A stretch of 54,817 bases of DNA from a virus. Its lineage: Duplodnaviria; Caudoviricetes. The position numbers were made by a program, and so were the translations under genes. Within the stretch, counting starts at the first letter, position 1; each line of letters opens with the position of its first letter. Shown one piece after another: positions 29,466 through 40,286 of this stretch. The notes under the pieces were generated by a model, which saw only the letters and a list, made by a program, of their open reading frames with translations, was not told the DNA's origin and searched no databases. Location: IMG/VR virus record IMGVR_UViG_3300005403_000166, positions 1 through 54,817 of that record; one strand, 5' to 3'.

Positions 29466-29933
29466 CTATTTCATTATTCGTATGCTTTTTGATACATATT
29501 TGCGTCCCAATTTGTCAATACATTCAGCTTTAATCTCTTTTAGATAAGTTAATTGGTTTTCTACAAGAGTATTATTTAGTTCATCCATGGAATAATCAAC
29601 AGTAAAACTATCTTGAGAGTGCAACTCATAAGGTAAACGTCCCTCCACCATTGGCTGTCTCAAAGTAACTACAAGACCTTTATCTAAAATAACCCTAATA
29701 CTTGAGAGGATTATTGTAATTTTCCCCTTATTCATCACTGTGATTAAATAAGATTTGGTTGCAAATGGGCCTTGTGAAGTAACCCCATATGAAATTTCAA
29801 CCTCAATATTTGGGGTTTGCTCTTTTCTACTTGTATATAGATTGTAAGTTGATAATGCAGCAGCATAAACAGCAACTAATAAAGTACCAATTTGCCAAAG
29901 CGTGATTTCTGTTACTGGAGGAGTAGGATCCAT
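29466..29933 (-). CDS. Accessory (moron) membrane-anchored protein, low GC
   Basis: N-terminal TM; antisense to the late operon; ends in TAG. Confidence 0.65.
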   Translation of the reverse strand: MDPTPPVTEITLWQIGTLLVAVYAAALSTYNLYTSRKEQTPNIEVEISYGVTSQGPFATKSYLITVMNKGKITIILSSIRVILDKGLVVTLRQPMVEGRLPYELHSQDSFTVDYSMDELNNTLVENQLTYLKEIKAECIDKLGRKYVSKSIRIMK

Positions 29934-29990
29934 AATTTCACTTGAGTAGTATCTTGATTTATCATTATGTGTACGTAATGAAAACTATCC

Positions 29991-30023
29991 AAAAATCTAA
30001 CTATTTTAAACGCCTTATATACT
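29991..30023 (+). promoter_or_regulatory. Late promoter motif upstream of portal
   Basis: AAAAA...TTTTAAACGCCTTATATACT, ATG at 30028. Confidence 0.6.
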
Positions 30024-30027
30024 CAAC

Positions 30028-31422
30028 ATGCCGGTATCGTTCCCGTCCCGGGCAGGGGTCAAATATGTTTCAAACCTTCCCCGGTTCGCAAAGAAACCAC
30101 TAACCACAGACGACCTGAGGAAATTCAGCAAAACCCTGTATGGGGAAGGCTTATTTCTAAAAATGTATGCTCTGGTCTTCAATAATCTTCCGGACCTCTA
30201 CGTATTCGACCCACAGGGTAACCCGGATGAGAATACTCAGTTAACCATACGGAACCTCTTCAAGTCAGAGAAATTCTCTGCAGACGCAGCCGGGAAAATG
30301 AGGCTGTTCGATAAGTTTTTTTATGGTCCTTCGATCTTCAATCCGCTCTGGATGAGATAGGGCACCGGGGTTATCCCCCAAGAATTGAGACATCTGGCTA
30401 CATACACCTTCAACCGGCTTCCAACCGGACGGGACCGATACTCTGATCTTCTCCCTGGACTCACCGTCAACCCGGACACGGAAGAGATCGAATGCTGGCA
30501 GACCCAGAAAAACAAAATGCCGGAACTGTTACCGGCTGAAGACATCGTTTTTGTTCAATCTGTTGTCCTGGACGGGGTTATTGAGTCTCCGATGATTGAG
30601 CCTATTGCTCCATTCATCGATATGCTCCTGTATGGGTGGGAGACCCAGATGCAGGCGTTAGGGATGGTGGCGATCCCTCCTCTTTTTATCAAGATCACTC
30701 AACCGGTTCCTGCCTGTGAGGCTAACGGATGGATGTCTGATGAAGAATATGGGAATGAGTTCCTTGCATCATGGGGTAACCAGACGAAGATGATACTCCG
30801 GCCAAACATGGAACTGGTCGAATACAAGTTCGAATCTACCCTAAACCTTGAAATTTTGGATGCTTTGTATTATACCATCGTTGATTACCTGAATCCGGCC
30901 TCGTTCATTAACCGGGAAGGAAACCTGATCGGCGGATCCACAACCGGACAACTTGAACTCATGGCGTCGTTCATCTCCGGTATCCAGACTGAAATATGTT
31001 CAGTTATCGATCAGTTGATTCAGCCTTATTTTGTCTATAACTCCTATCCAGAAGGTTACCGGGTTGTTTCTAAGTTAAAACCTCTGAATACCACCAACCG
31101 GGAAGCAGACCGGGCTGATGCCAAACTCATGATTGAGAACCGGTTCGGTGATCCGAACGTGGCTCTGCAGAAACTTGAGGGATGTGAAGGGGTTGATGAC
31201 AAGACCTGGAAGGAGTTTTCAGACCGGTGGTCTCTCATCCCGGTTGTTCAGAATACTTCTACCCAGGAAAAGGCAGTATCGGCCAACCTGGCTAAAGAGG
31301 ACCTGCCTGATGAGGTCGTTAAGATCAAGACCCCGGATGAGTTAGGGGATGGGATGGAGGCGAAGTTATCCCAGCTGATTGACCAGGCCGAGAAGGATAT
31401 CATCAAGGCGGTGAGGGGATAA
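30028..31422 (+). CDS. Portal protein, 464 aa, in-frame TAG at codon 111 (30358-30360)
   Basis: ORFs 30028-30360 and 30385-31422 are in the same frame with only the TAG between them; size and position after TerL fit a portal. Confidence 0.78.
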
Positions 31423-31580
31423 TGGAATATGATAGGCCCCTTTTTTGTAAGGCGAATTGCAAAAATCGAACGAATCTTAACTCATCCCTGAATTATTCTC
31501 CGTGTAAATTATCAGTGGTAACGATTGGTGAGATGGGCTGTTGTCAGGATATAGATCCAATTGTGGTAGGGTTGCAATGA
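31422..31580 (+). CDS. 52-aa Cys-rich protein (absent from the ORF track)
   Basis: TAATG coupling to portal and ATGA coupling to the next gene. Confidence 0.5.
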   Translation: MEYDRPLFCKANCKNRTNLNSSLNYSPCKLSVVTIGEMGCCQDIDPIVVGLQ

Positions 31581-32293
31581 CCCCACCGGCAGATCTTGAG
31601 AATCAGATCTCATCTATCCTTACAACCCTGCAAACCGGGATGATGTCGGTCATCTCCGAGTACGGTGGATTATCTTACTTCTACGGCGACCTGTTCGGAC
31701 AGCAGCAGTTAGGGGAAAGTCTGAACATCTACGCAGCCAAAACCCCGGCCATAGGGTTCTGTGATGATTACCTGAACGAGCTCCGAAGGGGGGGCACAAC
31801 GATCAATGGTGAGTGGGTTGACTGGTTCGAGAAGTATGGCCCGGATGCCAACGCCCGGCCTCTGTATGATCTGATCATGAAGAACCTGCAGGAAGGTAAG
31901 AGCCTCGGCAGATGGGAGAACCGGAACGGTGAAGGATACCGAAAGGGGACGATATCATATGAGATCCAGGAATCCATGGGTCAGCAGTACCGCTCCGGTG
32001 CATCCAGGATAGCCAGGTCAGAAACAGCCCGGCTGCAGAATGTCGCATCATTGGACCGGTATGAAAAGACCAGGGTGGAAGAGGTAACAGTGCATGATGG
32101 TGATGGATGCCCGGTTTGTGCAGGTATCAACGGGGAAACATGGTCAATAGATGAAGCCCGTCGTCGGACCACTGAACATCCAAACTGCAAGCGGTATTTC
32201 ATTCCGGTGGTGAAAGGATATATTACCCCGGTAATTAAACCGTCGCCGATGCCGGAGGATGATCCGGGGAGTCGGGAGTATAAAGGGGAGTGA
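31577..32293 (+). CDS. Head morphogenesis protein (SPP1 gp7/Mu F-like)
   Basis: RIARSETAR...CPVC..ING...HPNCKR. Confidence 0.85.
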   Translation: MTPPADLENQISSILTTLQTGMMSVISEYGGLSYFYGDLFGQQQLGESLNIYAAKTPAIGFCDDYLNELRRGGTTINGEWVDWFEKYGPDANARPLYDLIMKNLQEGKSLGRWENRNGEGYRKGTISYEIQESMGQQYRSGASRIARSETARLQNVASLDRYEKTRVEEVTVHDGDGCPVCAGINGETWSIDEARRRTTEHPNCKRYFIPVVKGYITPVIKPSPMPEDDPGSREYKGE

Positions 32294-32301
32294 AAATGAG
32301 A

Positions 32302-32664
32302 CTATTGAATCCCTAATTCTTTTCGGATATCAGATCTAATCAATTCGAGTAATATATCGAATGATGCTGATCCAACTGTTTCTTTGATCTTCTTATTCGC
32401 TTTATCCCATCTCTCTGTATCCCTAATCAATGCTGCAATTTCTTGACCATTAGGTGTAAGACGATATATCTTTTCAACAAATGCAGTACCATTAGGTTTG
32501 GCTCCGCTCTCAATATATCCCCCATCACTGAGAAGGATTGCATGCTCTTTAATGTCAGATTCAGAAACATTTTTATCGCGTAAAACCTTCTCTAGCCCTT
32601 TACCTGAAGAATTCTGTTCTATATATAGGATAATCGTTCGTAAAGCTTCAAAATCTAATCTCAT
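32302..32664 (-). CDS. DUF2513-like accessory protein
   Basis: MRLDFEALRTIILYIE...RLTPNGQE...WDK; ends in TAG. Confidence 0.7.
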   Translation of the reverse strand: MRLDFEALRTIILYIEQNSSGKGLEKVLRDKNVSESDIKEHAILLSDGGYIESGAKPNGTAFVEKIYRLTPNGQEIAALIRDTERWDKANKKIKETVGSASFDILLELIRSDIRKELGIQ

Positions 32665-32742
32665 GAAAATAATAATTAATCTTCTATGATTTAAATCTCC
32701 CTACATTCAATTTACCTAAAAAAGAGAGCATGTCAGAATAGA

Positions 32743-33123
32743 CTAAATCAGTCGATAATATGCCTGCTGAAGTTTCATATCCCAACCATTATTCTTTTTT
32801 ATTTTCTTCACTAATCCGGTTTCTTCAGCAGCTTTGATGATTGATTCTGTTTGTTGATTCACAGTTTGGGCTAAACATTGAAAAGCAGATTCTAGATTGG
32901 GTAGGGTCTTCTCAATAGATATACCCATATTGCGCAGACTCATGATTATTGCAACATGAGATCTTAATTCTCCTGGTCGGGGTAATCCATTCCAGGACAA
33001 TGCAAATGCACTTCCTTCAGCTAATTGTATGATATCACTGGCCTCATCATCTGATAAGCCGAACCCATGATTCAACCATTTCCTGCAGGAATCGTATTCT
33101 TCAGGCGGGAAATATCCGGTCAT
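32743..33123 (-). CDS. Accessory hypothetical protein
   Basis: AAGGTG RBS; ends in TAG. Confidence 0.55.
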   Translation of the reverse strand: MTGYFPPEEYDSCRKWLNHGFGLSDDEASDIIQLAEGSAFALSWNGLPRPGELRSHVAIIMSLRNMGISIEKTLPNLESAFQCLAQTVNQQTESIIKAAEETGLVKKIKKNNGWDMKLQQAYYRLI

Positions 33124-33134
33124 TTGTCACCTTC

Positions 33135-33470
33135 TCATATCCGGAACCCCGGTATGGATTTCATCGCCTTCAAGATCTTCTCTGCAACTTCAGCAGACAC
33201 ATGAGCCGTTTCTAGGTCCCCAGCCTTCATGGCCCGGACCTCGTCCTTGAGATACCTGAACTCACATATCCAGGCATAATTGTCCTTATACCCACTTACC
33301 ACAAACAAGTCTGTTCGTTTGACTGATGGGTCAACAGATTCAGGCCGGTTTTTATCATCTAGACCGAGGAGACACCAGGTATTGCCAATTTCGTTCTTCC
33401 GGGCCCAACACGTATCACAGCCCATCCGGTGGCGGAAGTCTACCGGGTCATCGGTTATCATTATACTCAA
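33135..33470 (-). CDS. Accessory Cys-containing hypothetical protein
   Basis: 111-aa ORF, CDTC motif. Confidence 0.55.
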   Translation of the reverse strand: MSIMITDDPVDFRHRMGCDTCWARKNEIGNTWCLLGLDDKNRPESVDPSVKRTDLFVVSGYKDNYAWICEFRYLKDEVRAMKAGDLETAHVSAEVAEKILKAMKSIPGFRI

Positions 33471-33522
33471 CTGTAAAGGATTATTTTATAATTAACTCAA
33501 CATTAGTCTTCTTCATAGGAGG

Positions 33523-34218
33523 TTGTCCAGTGACATGATCCAGACTGGACAACCTCAGTTACAAGCAAAAAATTTTGGAATGATAATTTCTCCTCATAAC
33601 TATATATACAATTATTTGGTAAAAATTCACTATATGACAAAAAAGGAGAAGATTAATGATTTATTTAAATGGGATTCGGATTGTCACAATAATGCTTGCA
33701 TTAATCAATATCATCAGCCTTGGAATGACTATGTAAGAGGGTACAGAGCAGCTACTGAGATACTAATTGAAAAGATATTATCAGATAATACTTCGATTGA
33801 TATTTTGGTATACCCTGTTATTTTTCTATATCGTCATTGTTTAGAGTTACAAATGAAAGAGATCATTTTTGTAGGAAGACATCTGATTGGAAAAGATTTT
33901 GAACCCTTAAATGACCACAACTTGACTGCTCTTTGGAAAAAGTTAAAACCTCTTATTATAGAGATTGAGCCTACATATCCAAAAAACGAGTTAGACAAAA
34001 TCGATTCTGTTATAACAAATTTCGAATTAGTGGATAAGAAATCTGATGAATTTCGATATTCCCTTACTAAAAAAAGTGAACGAACCCTGAAACCAGAACT
34101 TAAATACATCAATATTCGACATTTTGCCGAGGAAATGGAACCTGTATTATCAACATTAGAATGTATAAGTGGATGGTTTTCAACACTTCAGGAAAATCAA
34201 ACTGTATTAAATTTTTAA
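33523..34218 (+). CDS. HEPN-like accessory protein, possible defence RNase (start likely ATG 33634)
   Basis: YPVIFLYRHCLELQMK...HNLxxLW...DEFRY; low GC. Confidence 0.6.
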   Translation: MSSDMIQTGQPQLQAKNFGMIISPHNYIYNYLVKIHYMTKKEKINDLFKWDSDCHNNACINQYHQPWNDYVRGYRAATEILIEKILSDNTSIDILVYPVIFLYRHCLELQMKEIIFVGRHLIGKDFEPLNDHNLTALWKKLKPLIIEIEPTYPKNELDKIDSVITNFELVDKKSDEFRYSLTKKSERTLKPELKYINIRHFAEEMEPVLSTLECISGWFSTLQENQTVLNF

Positions 34219-34225
34219 ACCCCGG

Positions 34226-34254
34226 AAAAAACAAATAATATAAGCGCCTATATA
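34226..34254 (+). promoter_or_regulatory. Late promoter, 29 bp identical to 46210-46238
   Basis: AAAAAACAAATAATATAAGCGCCTATATA; ATG at 34263. Confidence 0.8.
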
Positions 34255-34262
34255 TGTCTCAT

Positions 34263-35459
34263 ATGGCTGAATAGGAAGAGGCTTACACTACTCTTGCTAA
34301 CTGCACTCTTCTGTTCTTGAACCGGTGGGTTGACTGTTCGACCGGCAGTTTTTATCATCCGGCTGATGTTTACGCTCAAAACGTCGATGCCTGGAACGGC
34401 ACCCGGATAGTTCTTAATCCAAACGATTTTGCATGGGAATTACACCCGGATGCAAAGTTATACGCTGCTGACCCGGAAACTGCTCTTCAGGATGTCGGAG
34501 CTATCGATATCGGATATATCGACAACGCTCAAATTATCTGGGAAGGTCACCCCCGGCTTGTTGCTGCGATGAACATCGATAACAACAATGCATACGGGAA
34601 GATGGCCCTGGATCTCTATTCTGCAGGCACTTTCGGGATTTCCATTGCTGATATCTTCAATGCATCAGAAGGCGTTGTGACCGGAGGCATCGAACCCAAT
34701 CATGTCCTCGTTTTTGAAGAAAATGGTTGGAACATGCCGGCAGACAAAGGAGCCGTAGCAGCAGCATCCAGCAGCCGGGTATCATGTTTCACTATCCCGG
34801 ATGGGCCAAAGAACCGGACTCATACCAGGAGAGCCCCGGTCAACCCGGCTCCTGTAGCAGCAAACTCAGCCAATGACGTAGAATCCATCGTTTCTAAAGT
34901 ATTTGAGAAGATCAAAGGATTTCTCTCAACCGGTTCTATCGAGGTTCAGAGTAGTGCATCGAACAGCGAACAACCATCAACGAAAATGGCAGAAACACCA
35001 GAAAACCCGGAGCCCAAACTCGCTGCTCTGAACCAGCAGATCGGAGCTCTGGAGAAAGATAAGACAGATCTCAACACGAAACTTGAGACCGTCACTGCAC
35101 AGCTCACTGACCTCAAGGCAACGTCTGAAAAGCAGGCTGAAGAACTTGAGGGACTGAAGAAAGAGAAGGCCGAAGCAGCCCTAAAGGCAGAGAACGAAAA
35201 GAAAGACGCTGAGTTTACGGCGTATCTTGAAGGCGAAGTCCCTGATGGTGAGAAAATCACTACGGAACAGGTAGCCGCTCTTCGGACTATGTTCTTCGAG
35301 AGACCACTAGAGGCTGTAAAGAAAGCCAGAGAATGGGCTGTTGCAGCTAACTCTATTCCGGGAAGGGCCGGATCCAAACAGGCAGCCGCACACGCCGGAG
35401 GAGAACACAAATCAGCAGATTGGGCAGGTCTGTTTCACAAAGGAGGTAACAGATCATGA
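34263..35459 (+). CDS. Prohead protease/scaffold, 398 aa, in-frame TAG at codon 4 (34272-34274)
   Basis: ATG GCT GAA TAG GAA continues in frame into ORF 34317; beta-rich N-terminal domain plus C-terminal coiled coil; precedes the capsid genes. Confidence 0.75.
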
Positions 35460-35965
35460 CGGCGGATATTGTCGTTGTTCAGGCAGGTAAGGTTCCATAT
35501 GTGGAGTTCGGCAATGTCGAGAACGCCACAAACATGATCTCCGGAAAGGTGGTCAAGAAAGGAACATCAGACACCGATATCGTAGTTGGGACGGCTGGAT
35601 GCAAGCCTTCCGGATTCCTGGGATACGAACAGGCACCTGTCCATTTCAAACCGCTGGATCGCGATACGGGATATGCGGTCAAAGCATCCGCCCCTGTCCT
35701 GAAGGGCGGGGATTACGAGATCGATGCCTGGCTTGCGGCAGGACAGACCATCACGAAGGATGACTTCCTCGTCCCAGATGATGATGGGAATCTGAAAATT
35801 GCGTCCGCTCTGGCAATTGCAACTGGAGCCACTCAGGTCACCTCTTCAGGAGCGAATGGAGCGGTGATTAATGGAAGTGTTGGAAAGGAGTTCATCATTG
35901 CACAGGCTTCTGTCTCAAAAACGACCACGACCGCAGCAGCACGTATCAAAGTGAGGGCTATCTAA
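35456..35965 (+). CDS. Capsid decoration/cement protein
   Basis: Small G/A/T-rich beta protein between scaffold and MCP; GGAGGT RBS. Confidence 0.65.
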   Translation: MTADIVVVQAGKVPYVEFGNVENATNMISGKVVKKGTSDTDIVVGTAGCKPSGFLGYEQAPVHFKPLDRDTGYAVKASAPVLKGGDYEIDAWLAAGQTITKDDFLVPDDDGNLKIASALAIATGATQVTSSGANGAVINGSVGKEFIIAQASVSKTTTTAAARIKVRAI

Positions 35966-36870
35966 TGGCAGATACAGGATTCACCTAGGGAGACTTACAG
36001 CGGGCGATCGAGTTCCTGGAACCAGAGCTCATTCGTCCGCTTGAAGGGGCATACATCGCCCGAAAGATCATGGCAGTCAATACCCAGGAAACCGGAGATG
36101 ACAAGTTCAGGGCCCGGGTAAGAAAGATCAGTAAGATGGGAGGCGGAACCGTCGCCTATAAGATCCGCAGTGACGGAGAACGCGATCAGGTTCAGATCAA
36201 GGCTCGTGAAGTGGACGTCCCGGTGCTCTATAAGGAGTTCGAGATCGACCGTCAGGACTTTGAGGCGTATGTCACGAAAGGAATCAACCTCACAACCGAA
36301 GCCACTCTTCTCGCCATGGAGGTTGTTGCATCTGATGAAGAGTCGATGCTCATCAAGGGATGCACCCCGAAGGGAACCACCGATCAGGTGGATGGTCTCT
36401 ATGATTCTGCTGAATCGACGATCGATACCACTCTTCATCTCAGTACTACCGGAACGGCTGTCAAAGCGGTCGCAAAAGGCATCCGTCAGATGCGGACTAA
36501 GAAAGTCAAGGAACTTTCCTTCCATTGGCTTTTGAACCCCGACGAGGTTGAAACCATCAGTTCAAACCAGATCTCCGGAACAACTGTCTATGAGATCGAT
36601 CAGGTCATCAAGGCTCTGAACTGTGGTAACGCGAATGGACCCGGTGGTGTTTGGGGATCAGAAGAAATCCCTGCAGGTGCAGGACTGATGGTTCCGTATG
36701 ACCCAAGCAGAAAGTATTACGAAATTCTCAATCCGGTCACTCCGTCAATTGAACTCGTCACTGATCCCTATCACCCGGACCTTGGAAACGTTCTGGGTAC
36801 TGTGTATGAGACTTCTCTTCCGCACATCAAGCGGCCTGAATGTCTCTACAAATTCACAGATCTGGCTTGA
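35965..36870 (+). CDS. Major capsid protein (HK97 fold, encapsulin-like), 301 aa, in-frame TAG at codon 8 (35986-35988)
   Basis: TAATG-coupled ATG; MADTGFT*GDLQRAIEF...IARKIM in frame with ORF 36070; VPVLYKEFEIDRQD and EESMLIKG resemble HK97-fold capsids. Confidence 0.82.
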
Positions 36871-36878
36871 GGTAGTCC

Positions 36879-37160
36879 ATGCAGGTCAAGATTGAATATG
36901 GGACCATTCGACAGGGAGATGTGATCTATGGACCTGGGGATGAGATTGATATCCCCGAATCAAAACTTCCCCGTTTTGGTTCTCAGGTCTCACGTGTGGT
37001 TGAAGACTCAACTCCACAAAAAACAGAGAACCCCCCTGTTGACCCCCCGAAGGAACCGGAACAACCCCCCACTGATCCTCCTGCTGAGGAATCCGGGAAG
37101 AAGAAAGGCAAGAACTCATCCGAGTATTCTGATTCTACATCCCCCGAAGAGAAAGCATAA
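36879..37160 (+). CDS. Small virion-associated protein with Pro-rich tail
   Basis: YGPGDEIDI motif common after MCP genes; GAGGT RBS. Confidence 0.6.
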   Translation: MQVKIEYGTIRQGDVIYGPGDEIDIPESKLPRFGSQVSRVVEDSTPQKTENPPVDPPKEPEQPPTDPPAEESGKKKGKNSSEYSDSTSPEEKA

Positions 37161-37162
37161 TC

Positions 37163-37606
37163 ATGACCGTCACTGCAGATACAATCCGGTTGATCTCCCT
37201 TGGTGAGTATACCGTAGGCGAATCCGGGACTATTACAGAATCGGACTTTGCCTCGTATCTGCAGTATGCACAGGATCAGTTCTCAACAGACTCACCGGGA
37301 AACCATACCTCATCACAGGCTGATCAGGCTATAGCCCTGCTTATTTGCCACTACATTGACCGGGCTAACAATGATCAGTCCATAAAATCTGAAGATGCTG
37401 GAGATGGTTCAACCTCCTTTGATGGGTCCGGGTCGAACTGGATGAAATCATACAAAGAGATCGTCAACTCTCTTCTGACTAAGTACAAGCGAGACCTTGA
37501 GAATCCATCAGGCTCATACAGGCAGCCCACAAAGGCAGCTCACCGGAGAGACGGAGGATTCAGTGGGGTTGGTGCTCCGGCATCATCATGGGGCAGATGG
37601 CGATGA
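37163..37606 (+). CDS. Head-tail adaptor
   Basis: AIALLICH...IKSEDAGDGSTSF; position. Confidence 0.65.
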   Translation: MTVTADTIRLISLGEYTVGESGTITESDFASYLQYAQDQFSTDSPGNHTSSQADQAIALLICHYIDRANNDQSIKSEDAGDGSTSFDGSGSNWMKSYKEIVNSLLTKYKRDLENPSGSYRQPTKAAHRRDGGFSGVGAPASSWGRWR

Positions 37607-37962
37607 GCAGAAGGGCATCACTCTGTCATCTCTGCGATATCATCACACCAGGAGAGATCACCGGTTATGTGAACGGTCGTCCTCAGTATTCTGATGATCC
37701 TATTACTACCCCTAATGTTTCCTGCCGATTTTACAACCTCAAAGGAGATCTAACCAACACCGATTCCGGGACTCATGTCATCGAGATCACGAAAGTAAGG
37801 TTGGCTCTTGCCACTCATCTCCCAGATGGAGTAACGATCACCGGAAAGTCAGCAGGATTTGAGCGAACCTATTCTTTGAATGGGCTCCCGGAAGTCGTGT
37901 ATAGTCAGAAAAAGGCTGTATGTCTCGAATGTTCCCTGAAATCTGTGGATGGTGAGGCATGA
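37603..37962 (+). CDS. Head closure protein
   Basis: Position and beta-rich pattern (NVSCRF). Confidence 0.6.
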   Translation: MSRRASLCHLCDIITPGEITGYVNGRPQYSDDPITTPNVSCRFYNLKGDLTNTDSGTHVIEITKVRLALATHLPDGVTITGKSAGFERTYSLNGLPEVVYSQKKAVCLECSLKSVDGEA

Positions 37963-38408
37963 GCAACACCCAGGGGCTTGATCGGATCCTTGCTAAGATC
38001 ACCCGACTTGAGCAGATCCCGGAACGGATGGTTCAGGTTGTGGATGATGGTCTGTTAGCGATCGAGGCTTCTGCCCGGGCTAATGCATCGGGTCCCCGAC
38101 CGGAACACATCGATGAGGTGACCGGTGATCTTGTGAGAAAGATCGAGTCCACCGGTGCAAAAGTCAACGGGTCTGATATCTCAGGTGAGGTCATCTCAAA
38201 GTCAGATCATGGGAGGATCCATGAGTACGGGGGAGTTATCGAAGCCAAGAATGCACCTCTGCTTGTCTGGGAGGATTCATCCGGAAAAATCCATTCATCT
38301 AAAAAAGTAGTAATTCCGGCACGACCCTACTTTGGCCCTGCTGTTCAGGAAGTCAGGGGACAGTTCCTCAAGGATGCACAGGATGTCGTTCAGGAGGCTA
38401 TGAGATGA
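37959..38408 (+). CDS. Neck/tail completion protein (HK97 gp10-like)
   Basis: TGDL..I, IHEYGG, IPARPYFGPA. Confidence 0.75.
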   Translation: MSNTQGLDRILAKITRLEQIPERMVQVVDDGLLAIEASARANASGPRPEHIDEVTGDLVRKIESTGAKVNGSDISGEVISKSDHGRIHEYGGVIEAKNAPLLVWEDSSGKIHSSKKVVIPARPYFGPAVQEVRGQFLKDAQDVVQEAMR

Positions 38409-38809
38409 GTTTTGTCGATGATCTTCGACCTATTCTTATCGCAGATCCAACTGTATTCAGTCTGATAGGTTTCACGGACAAGACTCTGAAGATCAATGAA
38501 ATCAAGTCATTCCGGGGCACTTTCCCTACGAAGACGAAACTACCCTGTATCACTTACACTGATATCTCTGGAGTCCCCGGAGAATTGGTGACGAATGATC
38601 TGTCTTTTCAAATCACAGCCTGGGGGTCTAATGATGTAGAATGCCAAACGGTAGCCGATGCAGTTGCCAAAGCGTTAGGATCTTGGTCAGGTTCTCTGAA
38701 TGGGAGGGTTGTAGAAAAGATTGAGAAAAAATTTTGGCAGGATTCTCTAATTGAGGCTGAAACAAACCTCTGGTATAGTATTCGAAAATTCGAAGTTTTG
38801 CATTGGTAA
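38405..38809 (+). CDS. Tail terminator (DUF3168-like)
   Basis: LPCITY...FQITAW...VADAVAKAL. Confidence 0.7.
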   Translation: MSFVDDLRPILIADPTVFSLIGFTDKTLKINEIKSFRGTFPTKTKLPCITYTDISGVPGELVTNDLSFQITAWGSNDVECQTVADAVAKALGSWSGSLNGRVVEKIEKKFWQDSLIEAETNLWYSIRKFEVLHW

Positions 38810-38817
38810 AAACACAC

Positions 38818-39747
38818 ATGGCGATTATTCACAACGAGAAATAGGGAACCGATATGGTATTCATCGGGAACTGTCTTGCATTCGCAGGGCGGTACTCTGG
38901 AATATCAGCAACCGATTTCTCATCTTCAAACCTGTTCAACCTCGGCCCGAAGAAATCTGTCGGGTATGAGCCGGGGATGGAAACTGTCGAGCCTGAACTT
39001 GATGACTGTGAGTTTGATCCGGTTATCAAGAAAGAATCAGCGACCCTCTCTATGGAACTCGGTGAGTTCTATGTCGAGAAGCTGGCACTGATCTCTGGAG
39101 GAACCTCAAAGGCTACCTACACTCTAGGAACTCCGGTAACGAGTGCAACTGAGAACATCACTCTCAACGGGACTCGTCCGGTCCGTCTCTCAAACAAGAG
39201 TTACTCTACTTCTGCAGCTGTTCTGGCATCTACTGTTGTCGTCACCAGCATCGAAGAAACTCCAAAAACCTATGTGAAAGACACTGACTACACCATCACT
39301 CAGGATGTTCTTGGTTTCACGCAGATCACACGTATTGGTGCTGGAACCATCACTGACAAATCAACTGTCAAGGTGACGTACGGGTATACTCCTGCGATCA
39401 TGCGGACTCTCTCCCGTGGTGGTTCAAGTGAGGTTACTCCGATCGTTCTTCGTGTCATCCACGTCAAGAGGATCGAAGGGACCAAGATCTACGGGTTTAT
39501 GATTGACATCTTCAAAGCCTACTACACCAAGCTCTCAAAGATGTCTTTTGGTTCAGATTCAGAGATGAAGGACGTTCTGACTCTGCCGTACGAGTTCACC
39601 GGGAAGTATGACAAGAACCGGAGTCTTGGTTTCCAGGTGGATGCAATCAACACACTTCACGGTGTAACACTCGAGGATCTGAACATGAACAACATGGCAG
39701 ACCTTGACCTCGCCGTACTCAAGGATGCAGCTGTGATTTCAACATGA
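38818..39747 (+). CDS. Major tail tube protein, 309 aa, in-frame TAG at codon 9 (38842-38844)
   Basis: ATG 8 nt after the previous stop; MAIIHNEK*GTDMVFIG in frame with ORF 38854; tube-like beta pattern with Ig-like insert (YVKDTDYTI). Confidence 0.75.
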
Positions 39748-40286
39748 GCGACCCGGTAAAAAACTACGGTGTTGTCCGGGGAAATCCCCGCCCTTTTTGT
39801 ATCGGTGACGAAACGATCACTGTTTCCCGTCTTCCGGGTCAGGTCCACATGGAGTTCACTACCTGGAAGATTGAACTCTCAAGACCAGTCAAACCGACTG
39901 ATCCGGAAGAGGTTGATTCTGGAGTGAATTACCGATCAGACTTCCGGACTGAAGATGAGATGCTGATGGACCTAGCTGTTATGACCCTTAATGGAAACTT
40001 GACAGCAGACCAGAAGCAAAGATTCCACATCGATAAATCCTGGATACTGGAATATGTCTCCGGGGATATGCTCGAAGAACTCATACTGGATGTGATGGAC
40101 CCTTTTTTGCTCCACCTGCGAGAGATGCAAATAAAGCAGGAAAAGATCAGAGCCGAGACGATGAGGGACGCCATCACTCCGATGATCAAGGAACTGATTC
40201 AGGAGGAAATCCAGACCCAGAGGAAACACTTGAAACCCTCCTCAAAGTCTTCCGGGAATGCTGCTATTACTACGGATGGAGCATAG
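39744..40286 (+). CDS. Tail assembly chaperone (G-type); ends in TAG
   Basis: Directly after the tail tube; overlaps a -1 frame ORF. Confidence 0.65.
   Translation: MSDPVKNYGVVRGNPRPFCIGDETITVSRLPGQVHMEFTTWKIELSRPVKPTDPEEVDSGVNYRSDFRTEDEMLMDLAVMTLNGNLTADQKQRFHIDKSWILEYVSGDMLEELILDVMDPFLLHLREMQIKQEKIRAETMRDAITPMIKELIQEEIQTQRKHLKPSSKSSGNAAITTDGA

Noticed and set aside
30385-31422. Track starts at TTG 28190, 30385, 34317, 46588 and ATG 36070, 38854
   Set aside because: Each is an internal codon downstream of an in-frame TAG; better-supported ATGs lie upstream.
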